Below are positions 10,155 to 17,320 of a stretch of 64,000 nt of DNA, one piece after another. Below the pieces are notes generated by a model. The model was not told the origin of the DNA and made no database searches. It was given only the letters and a program-made list of their open reading frames with translations. Source of the DNA: a virus; the IMG/VR virus record IMGVR_UViG_3300031087_000014. One strand, written 5' to 3'. Each line of letters begins with the position of its first letter. Positions within the stretch are counted from its first letter, which is position 1. The translations under genes and the position numbers were made by a program.

Positions 10155-10208
10155 TACCTCTTATGTTGTTTGTTAAAAGAAGAGGAGACCGAAAGATCTC
10201 CTAATCCC

Positions 10209-10237
10209 AATATAACACCAAAGATATAAAAAGTCAA
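10209..10237 (-). promoter_or_regulatory. sigma70-like promoter
   Basis: TTGACT-17-TATATT upstream of portal gene. Confidence 0.6.
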
Positions 10238-10243
10238 GAAATA

Positions 10244-12328
10244 TTACCAAGAGCGCATTCTTGACGGCATCTTAGGCATTGACGGCTTACCCAACTGAGA
10301 ACTAGCCCAACGAGTAGTAGCATTGATTGAAGGAATGCTCACAGCGTTAAACACCTGTTCACGTTGGATTGTGTTAAAGGCAGAAGCCACGGCATCCGGT
10401 AAATCATCCTTAATCGTTGCACTTGATCTTTCACCAGTAAATACTTCAAGTTCACGATAGAAGTGATCAAGAGTTTCTTGGTTGTTGAAAGAGTCTTCTA
10501 CAATGTAAACAAACCCATTCTGACAAGCACTACTGAATGGAATGAAACGTTGCAGTTTCTTTTTGTTGTTAGGCATTGCGTCTGGTTTGACATTGAATCC
10601 CTGTGCGATTAATTTCTTAGCCGATTCGGTGTATTCGATGATACCTGCACCAGATGGATCTTTAGGAAGTACAACAGTTACGTCTGTTCCGTCAATATTA
10701 CTCTGGTTTAGGATTAGCTTATCCCTATCGCCTGGTAGTCTGCGGAATCTTCCGTATACCTTGCTCTTCTCGTCGATTGCATCATAGTCATAATCCCCGA
10801 AGATATAAATGTTACCATCGCTATCTTTTCCGAGTTTAACCGAAGCCGTATAGTCAGGGTATTTATATTTTTCGGATGGAATAGATGCTGCTTTATCCCA
10901 ACCACGAACGTAAGTCATATTGTTAGGGATCTCAGAGTATTTGATTTTGTTCAACCAATCTCTCTGGAAATAACTTGAGGCTTGTTCACGAGCATACCAG
11001 CAACCATCAAGCAGACGTTCACGGTTAACCTTAGTCTGAGCTTTCAATGAAGCCAAGTAGTTTGGGTTAAGACGAATTAGCGCTGGGTTGTCAAAGATTG
11101 TACCACCAATGAAGACGAAAGTCTTAGGTGGAACATCAATAGTTTCTCCGGTGTTCTGGTTGTACTGACTACACAGATCAGGGTATAATTCCCGTAGCTC
11201 TTGCTCTGAATCAGAGAAAACAGGTTCATCGTTGTTGATGATGAAGTAAAGCTGTTTACCACACATCTCGTCTGTTGGGAAGCCTTTTTCGTCCAAGTAA
11301 GGAAGAACAAACTTCAATACCCAACTATCTGCATCAGGGTTGCACGTTGCTAGGCAGAAACTTGAGGTCTCAGATTCAGAACGCAAACGACCAATCAGAT
11401 ATAGGAACTGAGTGATACTGAAATGTGTAAGTTCGTCAAACCCTACCATCGAGTACTGTGTACCCTGGTGGTTTTGTTCTGCGGTTGATTCTAATTCCAA
11501 GTGGTCAAACTTAAGCTTACCACCTCGGGTTGATTGGAATTCAATCTCCATAGAAGATTCACGAACGTGTGGTTGCAGTGGTGCAAACAGTTTCTTAGCT
11601 TCTGTGAATAATCCCCCAGCGGATCTGTGTGCTTTAGTTGTTCTACGGAATAGAACGCCTTCAAACAACGGATCTTTAAATGCAAACTTCAAAGCTTTCA
11701 GGAGTAACAGACGACTCTTACCACTATTACCAGTGACAAAGGTATGACCTGCTCTACGAAGGATCAAGTAAGACGATGGAGTTTCGAAACAATATTTCAG
11801 ACCGTCTGTAGCCGGAGATTCAAAGATCTTCAAAGCTGTACTTGGTTTGCCTTTAATATTGAAAGGGATTCTTGTCCCGAAGAAAGTTTCTACGTATCCA
11901 CGAAGAGGATTTCCAGATTGTTGTAGTGCAATAAGATCACCAACAGCAATTTCGAAATGCTTCTTAGATTTTTTCTTCTTGTAAAATACGAAGCGATGCT
12001 CCATACTTAGTTCTTGATAAATACCAGCAGCGTTACTGATGCGGTGAAAGTTATCGTTTTTGATCTCTGTCTCGATAAAGTATGGCATCACCAGTTCCAG
12101 TTTCTTATTATCTGGGTTGTACTGATAGATCTTCTCGTTGTCATAATACTTAATCGGTTTCCATCCTTCTGCGGATAGATATTCTGTTTCTGCTGATACA
12201 CATCCAGCCGCACCGCCGTAAATCATTACGTCAGGCATACTCTCCATAGCTATAGTCTGCTTACCTTCCTGGGCATTGATCTGAATGTTATTTACGTTAA
12301 TCTTTTTCTTTGCTGCTGCTCTTCCCAT
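10244..12328 (-). CDS. terL: terminase large subunit (intein-containing)
   Basis: Walker A GGAAG|SGKS split by an insertion; Walker B GFDELT; ATCNPD; RNase H-like nuclease GWDKA...DDLPDA. Confidence 0.93.
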   Translation of the reverse strand: MGRAAAKKKINVNNIQINAQEGKQTIAMESMPDVMIYGGAAGCVSAETEYLSAEGWKPIKYYDNEKIYQYNPDNKKLELVMPYFIETEIKNDNFHRISNAAGIYQELSMEHRFVFYKKKKSKKHFEIAVGDLIALQQSGNPLRGYVETFFGTRIPFNIKGKPSTALKIFESPATDGLKYCFETPSSYLILRRAGHTFVTGNSGKSRLLLLKALKFAFKDPLFEGVLFRRTTKAHRSAGGLFTEAKKLFAPLQPHVRESSMEIEFQSTRGGKLKFDHLELESTAEQNHQGTQYSMVGFDELTHFSITQFLYLIGRLRSESETSSFCLATCNPDADSWVLKFVLPYLDEKGFPTDEMCGKQLYFIINNDEPVFSDSEQELRELYPDLCSQYNQNTGETIDVPPKTFVFIGGTIFDNPALIRLNPNYLASLKAQTKVNRERLLDGCWYAREQASSYFQRDWLNKIKYSEIPNNMTYVRGWDKAASIPSEKYKYPDYTASVKLGKDSDGNIYIFGDYDYDAIDEKSKVYGRFRRLPGDRDKLILNQSNIDGTDVTVVLPKDPSGAGIIEYTESAKKLIAQGFNVKPDAMPNNKKKLQRFIPFSSACQNGFVYIVEDSFNNQETLDHFYRELEVFTGERSSATIKDDLPDAVASAFNTIQREQVFNAVSIPSINATTRWASSQLGKPSMPKMPSRMRSW
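11726..12202 (-). mobile_element. mini-intein (159 aa) in terL P-loop
   Basis: Starts C43 (CVSAETEYL); block B SMEHRF; block F YCFETPS; ends VTGN followed by Ser +1; too short for a homing endonuclease. Confidence 0.88.
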
Positions 12329-12339
12329 AGGGAACGCTC

Positions 12340-12666
12340 CTATTTAGCCACAATACCTTTATCCTGTAAGGTATGCACGTATTCTTGTAAACCATCGACT
12401 TTAGCTCTGTCATTAGCCCACAGTTTATTGTTCTCTGATTGATTTGCCACAACCTCTGAGGTGTTGGCTCCATTTTTAATCTGACTCGCTGTGTATCTGA
12501 CAGGAATCGATTTAGCTTCCATCAATGAGGCAGAAGGGCCAGATACAGGCGCTGTTGCAACTACCTTACATTGGTCAATTACTATCGGGGAAGCTTTCAT
12601 TGATGATGCGCAGCCCGTTACCGTTAGAACGGAAGCAAGTACCAGCACCTTCAACAGATTTGGCAT
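12340..12666 (-). CDS. o-spanin (Rz1-like lipoprotein)
   Basis: Signal peptide with lipobox LTVTGC; overlaps 3' end of i-spanin gene. Confidence 0.8.
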   Translation of the reverse strand: MPNLLKVLVLASVLTVTGCASSMKASPIVIDQCKVVATAPVSGPSASLMEAKSIPVRYTASQIKNGANTSEVVANQSENNKLWANDRAKVDGLQEYVHTLQDKGIVAK

Positions 12667-12997
12667 AATCTATTACCTCTTGTTTCTGTTTAGTGTATTT
12701 CTCGTCAAGTTTGGCCTGGAGAGAATTGTTCTTTTCGGTGAGTTGTTCTATTGTGGTATTCAGCTTAGCTCTGTCGCTATCCGCTTGTGCCTGCTTGGAG
12801 GCAAGAGTATTTCTAGCTTCGTCCTGTTGCTTCTGGTAAACTTGCGTTTGATATGCAACACCAGATTCATATCCATTATGATAGATGTGATGGTGAAGGG
12901 CTACCCCTCCAATCACAAGAGCGAATGCTAACACCACGATCAAAATAACCTTTCTCACCTGTTTACTGGCTAGCAGTAGTTTTAGTGCTTCTAGCAT
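12575..12997 (-). CDS. i-spanin (Rz-like)
   Basis: N-terminal TM helix followed by coiled coil and C-terminal Cys. Confidence 0.8.
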   Translation of the reverse strand: MLEALKLLLASKQVRKVILIVVLAFALVIGGVALHHHIYHNGYESGVAYQTQVYQKQQDEARNTLASKQAQADSDRAKLNTTIEQLTEKNNSLQAKLDEKYTKQKQEVIDYAKSVEGAGTCFRSNGNGLRIINESFPDSN

Positions 12998-13044
12998 TTA
13001 TAAGATCCTGTATGTGTTTTGGTGGAGAGTTATCTACCACCTTC

Positions 13045-13206
13045 TTAATCGGCATTGGCTTGGCTGTCATCAACAGCTTCGCTAGTTCCTCTTGGTTCAT
13101 AGTCGTCCATCTCGTCATCAATGTCCCACGCACGGTTATAATCGTTCTTGCGATCACGGTGAGTGGAAGCACGGTTGAAATCATTTTTAGCTACAAAGTT
13201 TCTCAT
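13045..13206 (-). CDS. small hypothetical protein (53 aa, MRNFVAKNDFNRASTHRDRK...)
   Basis: Below the ORF-track cutoff; strong AAGGAG RBS and ATG at 13206. Confidence 0.6.
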   Translation of the reverse strand: MRNFVAKNDFNRASTHRDRKNDYNRAWDIDDEMDDYEPRGTSEAVDDSQANAD

Positions 13207-13306
13207 TTATTTCTCCTTGTTGAATGTAAAAAATCCCCTGCTTTTTACGACAGGGGCTGTTATATTAACAGAAAGGTGCGCATAGCGCAAGGAGGAGAGA
13301 GGGGTA

Positions 13307-13594
13307 TTAGATAACAATGGCTTCGGATTCTGAGTCGTCCTGATCGTCTTCGGCTTCCATTGAGGCGTGATGTTCTTCCAGCCAAGCTTCGACTTGATCT
13401 TTAACAGTCTTAGCGGCGGTGAATCTTAAGTTAGGTGAAGCCTTATCATCCACAACTAAATCAGCAATATATCGCATTGCTTCTAGGTATCTGTCAGCGA
13501 AAATCTCTTTCACTGTACCTTGAGCATCATCCATAGCGTAAATCTGCTGCAATTCTTTTGGTGGACGACCAACACTTCTTTTGAGCTTCTTCAT
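13307..13594 (-). CDS. hypothetical protein, possible terminase small subunit
   Basis: N-terminal GRPPK, helical core and acidic tail; upstream of terL; AGGAG RBS. Confidence 0.45.
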   Translation of the reverse strand: MKKLKRSVGRPPKELQQIYAMDDAQGTVKEIFADRYLEAMRYIADLVVDDKASPNLRFTAAKTVKDQVEAWLEEHHASMEAEDDQDDSESEAIVI

Positions 13595-13633
13595 AGGTTA
13601 CTCCTTTTACTACCTGTCTTTACCTTAGCATAT

Positions 13634-13825
13634 TTAACGATTCCTGTCAAGCCTTTCGTCAGAGATGATCATCTTCTCAAGAATGGCAACCAGATTTCTC
13701 AACTGACCCTGTTCTGGTGCGAGATAGTTTGTAATGAAAGCGGGATTGTTTATAATGGTCTCAATAGCCTGATAGCAATCACGCCTAGACTCCAATATAT
13801 CTGGGTCTATGTGGAAATTATGCAT
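13634..13825 (-). CDS. hypothetical protein
   Basis: 63 aa ORF on the coding strand. Confidence 0.5.
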   Translation of the reverse strand: MHNFHIDPDILESRRDCYQAIETIINNPAFITNYLAPEQGQLRNLVAILEKMIISDERLDRNR

Positions 13826-14131
13826 TTTTATACCTGTTGATTAGAAAGTGTTCTATCTTGAATATAGCACGTATCTCTGATCCTTACAAGTTAAATCTTT
13901 TTGACAGTACCATCGTAAGTAGAGAACCCGCCGAAGCGGGAGCCGTTAGAACGAGATATACCCGTCTTCTCCTACTTTATTAACTTCCATATATAACCAA
14001 CGAGCGGTATCAACACCTACATCCATCTGGAGAGTAACCGAATAGAAAAGGTTGTTTCTCGAATCAATTCTGGTAGGGTGTCAGACATACAGAGGTTCCT
14101 TTAAGTAGGAGGTTAGTCTAAAATAGACAAT

Positions 14132-14160
14132 AAAAAACCCCTACCCAAAAGGGCAGGGGC
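14132..14160 (-). terminator. terminator closing the tRNA cluster transcript
   Basis: GCCCCTGCCC/GGGTAGGGGT stem plus T run. Confidence 0.75.
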
Positions 14161-14309
14161 TTAAACTTTGCCTGCGTTGAAGAGTCGCAGCCCTCTAGCT
14201 TGCCTTTCGGCTACTCTTTGAAGGAACTAGGCATTAGTCTTCGAAGATGGACACATAAAGTGTCCGTAGAAATCATACTAGGTATGTCTCTACACCGCTG
14301 GCGCGGATA

Positions 14310-14384
14310 TGGTTGCTCCAGCAGGTAACGATCCTGCTTCTGTCGCTTATCAGGCGACTGTAATACCTTTATACTATAGAGCAA
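14310..14384 (-). tRNA. tRNA-Ile(GAT)
   Basis: Cloverleaf; gtcgc-CTGATAA-gcgac; CCA end; T-loop variant ATCGTTA. Confidence 0.85.
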
Positions 14385-14389
14385 TTGAT

Positions 14390-14470
14390 TGGCACGTAGG
14401 TGATGATTCGAACACCTAAACTAACGGGTTTGGAAGCCGTCTCCTGACCACCAGGATTAGTGACCCACGT
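14390..14470 (-). tRNA. atypical tRNA-Trp(CCA)
   Basis: Acceptor acgtggg/cctacgt plus GCCA; TTCGAAT T-loop; loop TTCCAAA; irregular D arm. Confidence 0.6.
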
Positions 14471-14477
14471 ATTTATT

Positions 14478-14556
14478 TGGTGGAGAATAAGAGACTTGAA
14501 CTCTTCTGGTATCCTCGGTGCAAGCGAGGTGTCCACTCCTGGCAGACCCATTCCCC
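14478..14556 (-). tRNA. tRNA-Ala(TGC)
   Basis: cctcg-CTTGCAC-cgagg; G3:U70; ACCA end. Confidence 0.9.
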
Positions 14557-14561
14557 TAATT

Positions 14562-14706
14562 TGGCATCGTAGAAAGGAATCGAACCCCTCAGAGTAGGCG
14601 ATCAACTCTACCTGTGACCCTCATCACTTGGGAGATTAGCTACATCACCACCTCCGTCGAGGAAGTATCTCGTAACCATCTTTCCTTTGCTTTGTATCAC
14701 TACGAC
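14562..14706 (-). ncRNA. 145-nt tRNA-scaffold ncRNA
   Basis: Acceptor gtcgtag/ctacgat plus GCCA and TTCGATT T-arm; ~110-nt non-tRNA body. Confidence 0.65.
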
Positions 14707-14730
14707 ATTTTATTTGGTGATCATTTCATT

Positions 14731-14816
14731 TGGTACATCAGGTGAGACTCGAACTCACACGTCACAAGGACACTGGAACCTAAATCCAGGGCGTCTACCA
14801 ATTTCGCCACTGATGC
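14731..14816 (-). tRNA. tRNA-Leu(TAG)
   Basis: ctgga-TTTAGGT-tccag; long variable arm; ACCA end. Confidence 0.9.
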
Positions 14817-14823
14817 ATTTGTT

Positions 14824-14890
14824 TAGTGGAATCGTGCAGATTCGAACTGCATCCGGCTCCCTACGGGAACCAGTCACCCAAATCAATTCC
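14824..14890 (-). ncRNA. 67-nt mini tRNA-like RNA lacking a D stem
   Basis: Acceptor ggaattg/cgattcc; T-arm tgcag-TTCGAAT-ctgca; one 9-bp hairpin; ends ACTA. Confidence 0.6.
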
Positions 14891-14897
14891 GAGTGTT

Positions 14898-14979
14898 TGG
14901 AAGCGAGAGCGGAAGTCGAATCCGCAATTTTCAGGGTATGAGCCTAACGTGATCTATATATCCGTTTCACTATCTCGCT
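14898..14979 (-). tRNA. tRNA-Met(CAT)
   Basis: ttagg-CTCATAC-cctga; enlarged D loop; CCA end. Confidence 0.8.
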
Positions 14980-15063
14980 ATTGTTAAATCAGCTTTAAAC
15001 TAAAAGCATTATCCACGGCCCTATCAGACTCCTATCTTCAATTAGGGAATCGTAGCCTTGATA

Positions 15064-15136
15064 TGGTGCAGATGCAAGGATTCGAACCTCGAACAAACAC
15101 CTTCGTAGAGTGTTGCCTGTCCATCAGGACACCTGC
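15064..15136 (-). tRNA. tRNA-Arg(ACG)
   Basis: acact-CTACGAA-ggtgt; short D arm; CCA end. Confidence 0.8.
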
Positions 15137-15141
15137 AAAAA

Positions 15142-15216
15142 TGGTGCGACCTGCTGGTAACGATCCAGCCTTTCTGCCTTTTCAGGGCAGCACACATCCG
15201 TCTATGTCAAAGTCGC
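15142..15216 (-). tRNA. tRNA-Phe(GAA)
   Basis: ctgcc-CTGAAAA-ggcag; T-loop variant ATCGTTA; CCA end. Confidence 0.85.
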
Positions 15217-15250
15217 TTTGAAACCGATATCATCTTCGATTTCTATTGTT

Positions 15251-15328
15251 TGGTCAGTGCAGGGTGAATCGAACACCCGACCTCCTGCTCCCAAAGCAGG
15301 CGCTGCTACCAGGCTGAGCTATGCACTG
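15251..15328 (-). tRNA. tRNA-Pro(TGG)
   Basis: cctgc-TTTGGGA-gcagg; CCA end. Confidence 0.92.
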
Positions 15329-15334
15329 AATATT

Positions 15335-15411
15335 TGGGGTGGCTAATGGGACTCGAACCCACATAGAACTGCATCACAGGCAGCGTCATTAAGCCATTAT
15401 GATATAGCCAC
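15335..15411 (-). tRNA. tRNA-His(GTG)
   Basis: gctgc-CTGTGAT-gcagt; C73 plus CCA. Confidence 0.88.
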
Positions 15412-15443
15412 ATCTTAGTGCTCTCATTGAAAACACTAAAATT

Positions 15444-15518
15444 TGGCAGAGGTGAGAGGAGTTGAACCTGCTGCTACGGGAGTCAAAGGCCCGTGTGCTA
15501 CCATTACACCACACCCCT
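15444..15518 (-). tRNA. tRNA-Gln(TTG)
   Basis: Loop CTTTGAC; GCCA end. Confidence 0.88.
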
Positions 15519-15524
15519 AGTATT

Positions 15525-15669
15525 TGGCGAACAGGAAGGAGTCGAACCTTCGTACACATCCTTTGGCGAGGCTATGTATTCTTGAATGCCCATACTAATT
15601 ATGTTTTGTTAGTCAAACAAGCGCCAACTTGCGAACCCTAACGCTACACTTTCATATTGCATCTATCCG
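15525..15669 (-). ncRNA. second 145-nt tRNA-scaffold ncRNA
   Basis: cggatag/ctgttcg end pairing plus CCA; T-arm gaagg-TTCGACT-ccttc; no canonical anticodon arm. Confidence 0.6.
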
Positions 15670-15675
15670 ATAATT

Positions 15676-15747
15676 TGTTGAAGCTAGAAGATAAATCTTC
15701 ATTTGTCAATCTCGGAAGTGACAAGTTTTGCATTAAACTATAGCTTC
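15676..15747 (-). ncRNA. remodelled or degenerate tRNA-like element
   Basis: gaagcta/tagcttc acceptor; D stem; ttgtca/tgacaa stem with 10-nt loop; T stem with 4-nt loop; ends AACA. Confidence 0.55.
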
Positions 15748-15753
15748 TTTTTT

Positions 15754-15841
15754 TGGTATCGTGGACGGGATTCGAACCCGTAAGCAGAAAACTGCGCCAG
15801 ATTGAAAGTCTGGTTACTTAGGCCAATTTGTATACCACGAT
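15754..15841 (-). tRNA. tRNA with TTC (Glu) anticodon and long variable arm
   Basis: ccaga-CTTTCAA-tctgg; gcag-tttt-ctgc variable hairpin; A73 plus CCA. Confidence 0.85.
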
Positions 15842-15847
15842 ATAATT

Positions 15848-15924
15848 TGGAGCGAGATATCGGATTCGAACCGATGACGAACTGCTTGGAAGGCAGACAC
15901 TCTACCAGACTGAGTTAAACTCGC
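15848..15924 (-). tRNA. tRNA-Gly(TCC)
   Basis: Loop CTTCCAA; U73 plus CCA. Confidence 0.92.
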
Positions 15925-16050
15925 AATGTTGAAGGGCTAGCTGTGTGCTGCATATAGAGACATTGCACACCCACGCTGTAAATATTCTCGTTGGAAAACA
16001 CTTACAGAGATCTCTACTGGTATCCAGTTATTCCCCTTCTTGGGATACTC

Positions 16051-16101
16051 CGCGCTACGCTTCACAGCGTTTCGTCTTATTTCAAAGACTCATCAGGCGC
16101 G
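16051..16101 (-). ncRNA. type I hammerhead ribozyme core
   Basis: cgcgc-CTGATGA-gtctt(tgaaat)aagac-GAAA-cgct(gtga)agcg-TA-gcgcg; all core nucleotides and three stems present. Confidence 0.9.
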
Positions 16102-16434
16102 TTTGCTTGATAATATACGATCACGTAGACCTTTTATGTGCCGTCGCGGTCACAACCTGTTATGATAAATCACAGTGCAGGTAGGGGAGAGGGTATAACA
16201 TTTCTGCTATCTCGTGTCGCCCTCTCTAAACAACCTCCATCACTAAAGACTGGACGCTATTGTTATTTGTGGGACAGTGACGGATATCCCTTTGCTGACT
16301 AGGCTACGTTCGGGACTGCTACCTTACAATGTTACAAGCTGTTGCGAATAACTCTGCTCGGTGCTCTCGACAAGAAGTACCCGCTGATACTATGCTCTTG
16401 TCATCCATACTCGCGGTCAAGCTTTCTGGTCATC

Positions 16435-16510
16435 TGGTGCTTGCAGCAGGACTTGAACCCGCGACCCACTGATTACAAAACAGTAGCTCTACCAACTGAG
16501 CTATACAAGC
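16435..16510 (-). tRNA. tRNA-Thr(TGT)
   Basis: Loop TTTGTAA; ACCA end. Confidence 0.92.
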
Positions 16511-16511
16511 T

Positions 16512-16685
16512 TTATCTTAATGGAATACCTTTGTATTCTCTTGAACGTATCAGTGCTTCTCTTCGTTTACGAGCTTCACGTTTTACGTTGTTTGGTGAAC
16601 GAGGATATTCACTGTAGACTTGAAAAGTTCTATTAACTTCTCTTGGTTCATCAAAGGAACCTATGGTCTGCTTCTGGAATGTCAT
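16512..16685 (-). CDS. small basic hypothetical protein (57 aa)
   Basis: AGGAG RBS, ATG at 16685; lies between tRNA-Asn and tRNA-Thr. Confidence 0.6.
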   Translation of the reverse strand: MTFQKQTIGSFDEPREVNRTFQVYSEYPRSPNNVKREARKRREALIRSREYKGIPLR

Positions 16686-16700
16686 ATCATTCTCCTGTAT

Positions 16701-16778
16701 TGGCGATCCTAGCAGGACTCGAACCTGCAACCGGTGGATTAACAGTCCACTGCTCTAACCAATTATAGCTATAGAATC
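16701..16778 (-). tRNA. tRNA-Asn(GTT)
   Basis: gtgga-CTGTTAA-tccac; GCCA end. Confidence 0.92.
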
Positions 16779-16784
16779 ATTGTT

Positions 16785-16869
16785 TGGTGAAATCTACTTT
16801 TCGAGCTTGTATCCCCGAAGGACTGAGTGATATAGATCACGCCATCTCGTCTTCCCTTATTTCGATTTC
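16785..16869 (-). ncRNA. 85-nt CCA-ended non-tRNA RNA
   Basis: gaaatc/gatttc plus ACCA; inner cgag/ctcg stem closing gtgat-ctat-atcac and a cTTCGg hairpin; no T-loop. Confidence 0.45.
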
Positions 16870-16875
16870 ATTATT

Positions 16876-16957
16876 TGGTGGGGCTGCCTGGATTCGAACC
16901 AGGGCGTGGTATGCCTGATTTACAGTCAGGTGCGTTCGGCCTCTCCGCCACATCCCC
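16876..16957 (-). tRNA. tRNA-Tyr(GTA)
   Basis: cctga-CTGTAAA-tcagg; ACCA end. Confidence 0.92.
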
Positions 16958-17025
16958 TTAAACTTTATTTATCAATACTATATCATAAAAGTATTCAGAA
17001 GTAAAGATTTATTTTACTTTTTGTT

Positions 17026-17102
17026 TGGTGCATCGCGGAGGATTCGAACCTCCAGTATTCTGATTAAAAGTCAGATGCCTTATCCAGTTTAGCTAGCGAT
17101 GC
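17026..17102 (-). tRNA. tRNA-Lys(TTT)
   Basis: tctga-CTTTTAA-tcaga; ACCA end. Confidence 0.92.
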
Positions 17103-17103
17103 G

Positions 17104-17197
17104 TGGAGGAGAATATCAGACTTGAACTGATACGCCGCGTTTCCGCGACTACTGAGTGTTTAGCAAACACTTCCCTTACCGTTAGGGTTAATTCTCC
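17104..17197 (-). tRNA. tRNA-Ser(GCT)
   Basis: agtgt-TTGCTAA-acact; long variable arm. Confidence 0.9.
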
Positions 17198-17238
17198 GTT
17201 ACTTCTTATCGGTGTGATTTCTCACTCAATATCTTAGT

Positions 17239-17314
17239 TGGCGGGGATAGAGGAAATCGAATCCTCGGCTCCGCAGTGACAGTGCGGTATTTTTACCAAC
17301 TAAACTATATCCCC
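17239..17314 (-). tRNA. tRNA-Asp(GTC)
   Basis: ccgca-CTGTCAC-tgcgg; GCCA end. Confidence 0.92.
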
Positions 17315-17320
17315 TTAATT

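Noticed and set aside
13940-14090. Short minus-strand ORFs suggesting amber readthrough
   Set aside because: Only 23-26 aa fragments; TAG is used as a normal stop elsewhere and no CTA-anticodon tRNA was found
14369-14941. ORFs 14369-14605 and 14687-14941
   Set aside because: They overlap tRNA genes and are by-products of RNA sequence
14562-15669. tmRNA interpretation of the 145-nt RNAs
   Set aside because: Too short, no G3:U70 Ala acceptor and no tag ORF recognised
15945-16617. Plus-strand ORFs 15945-16184 and 16342-16617
   Set aside because: Antisense to the hammerhead and tRNA-Thr, with no RBS
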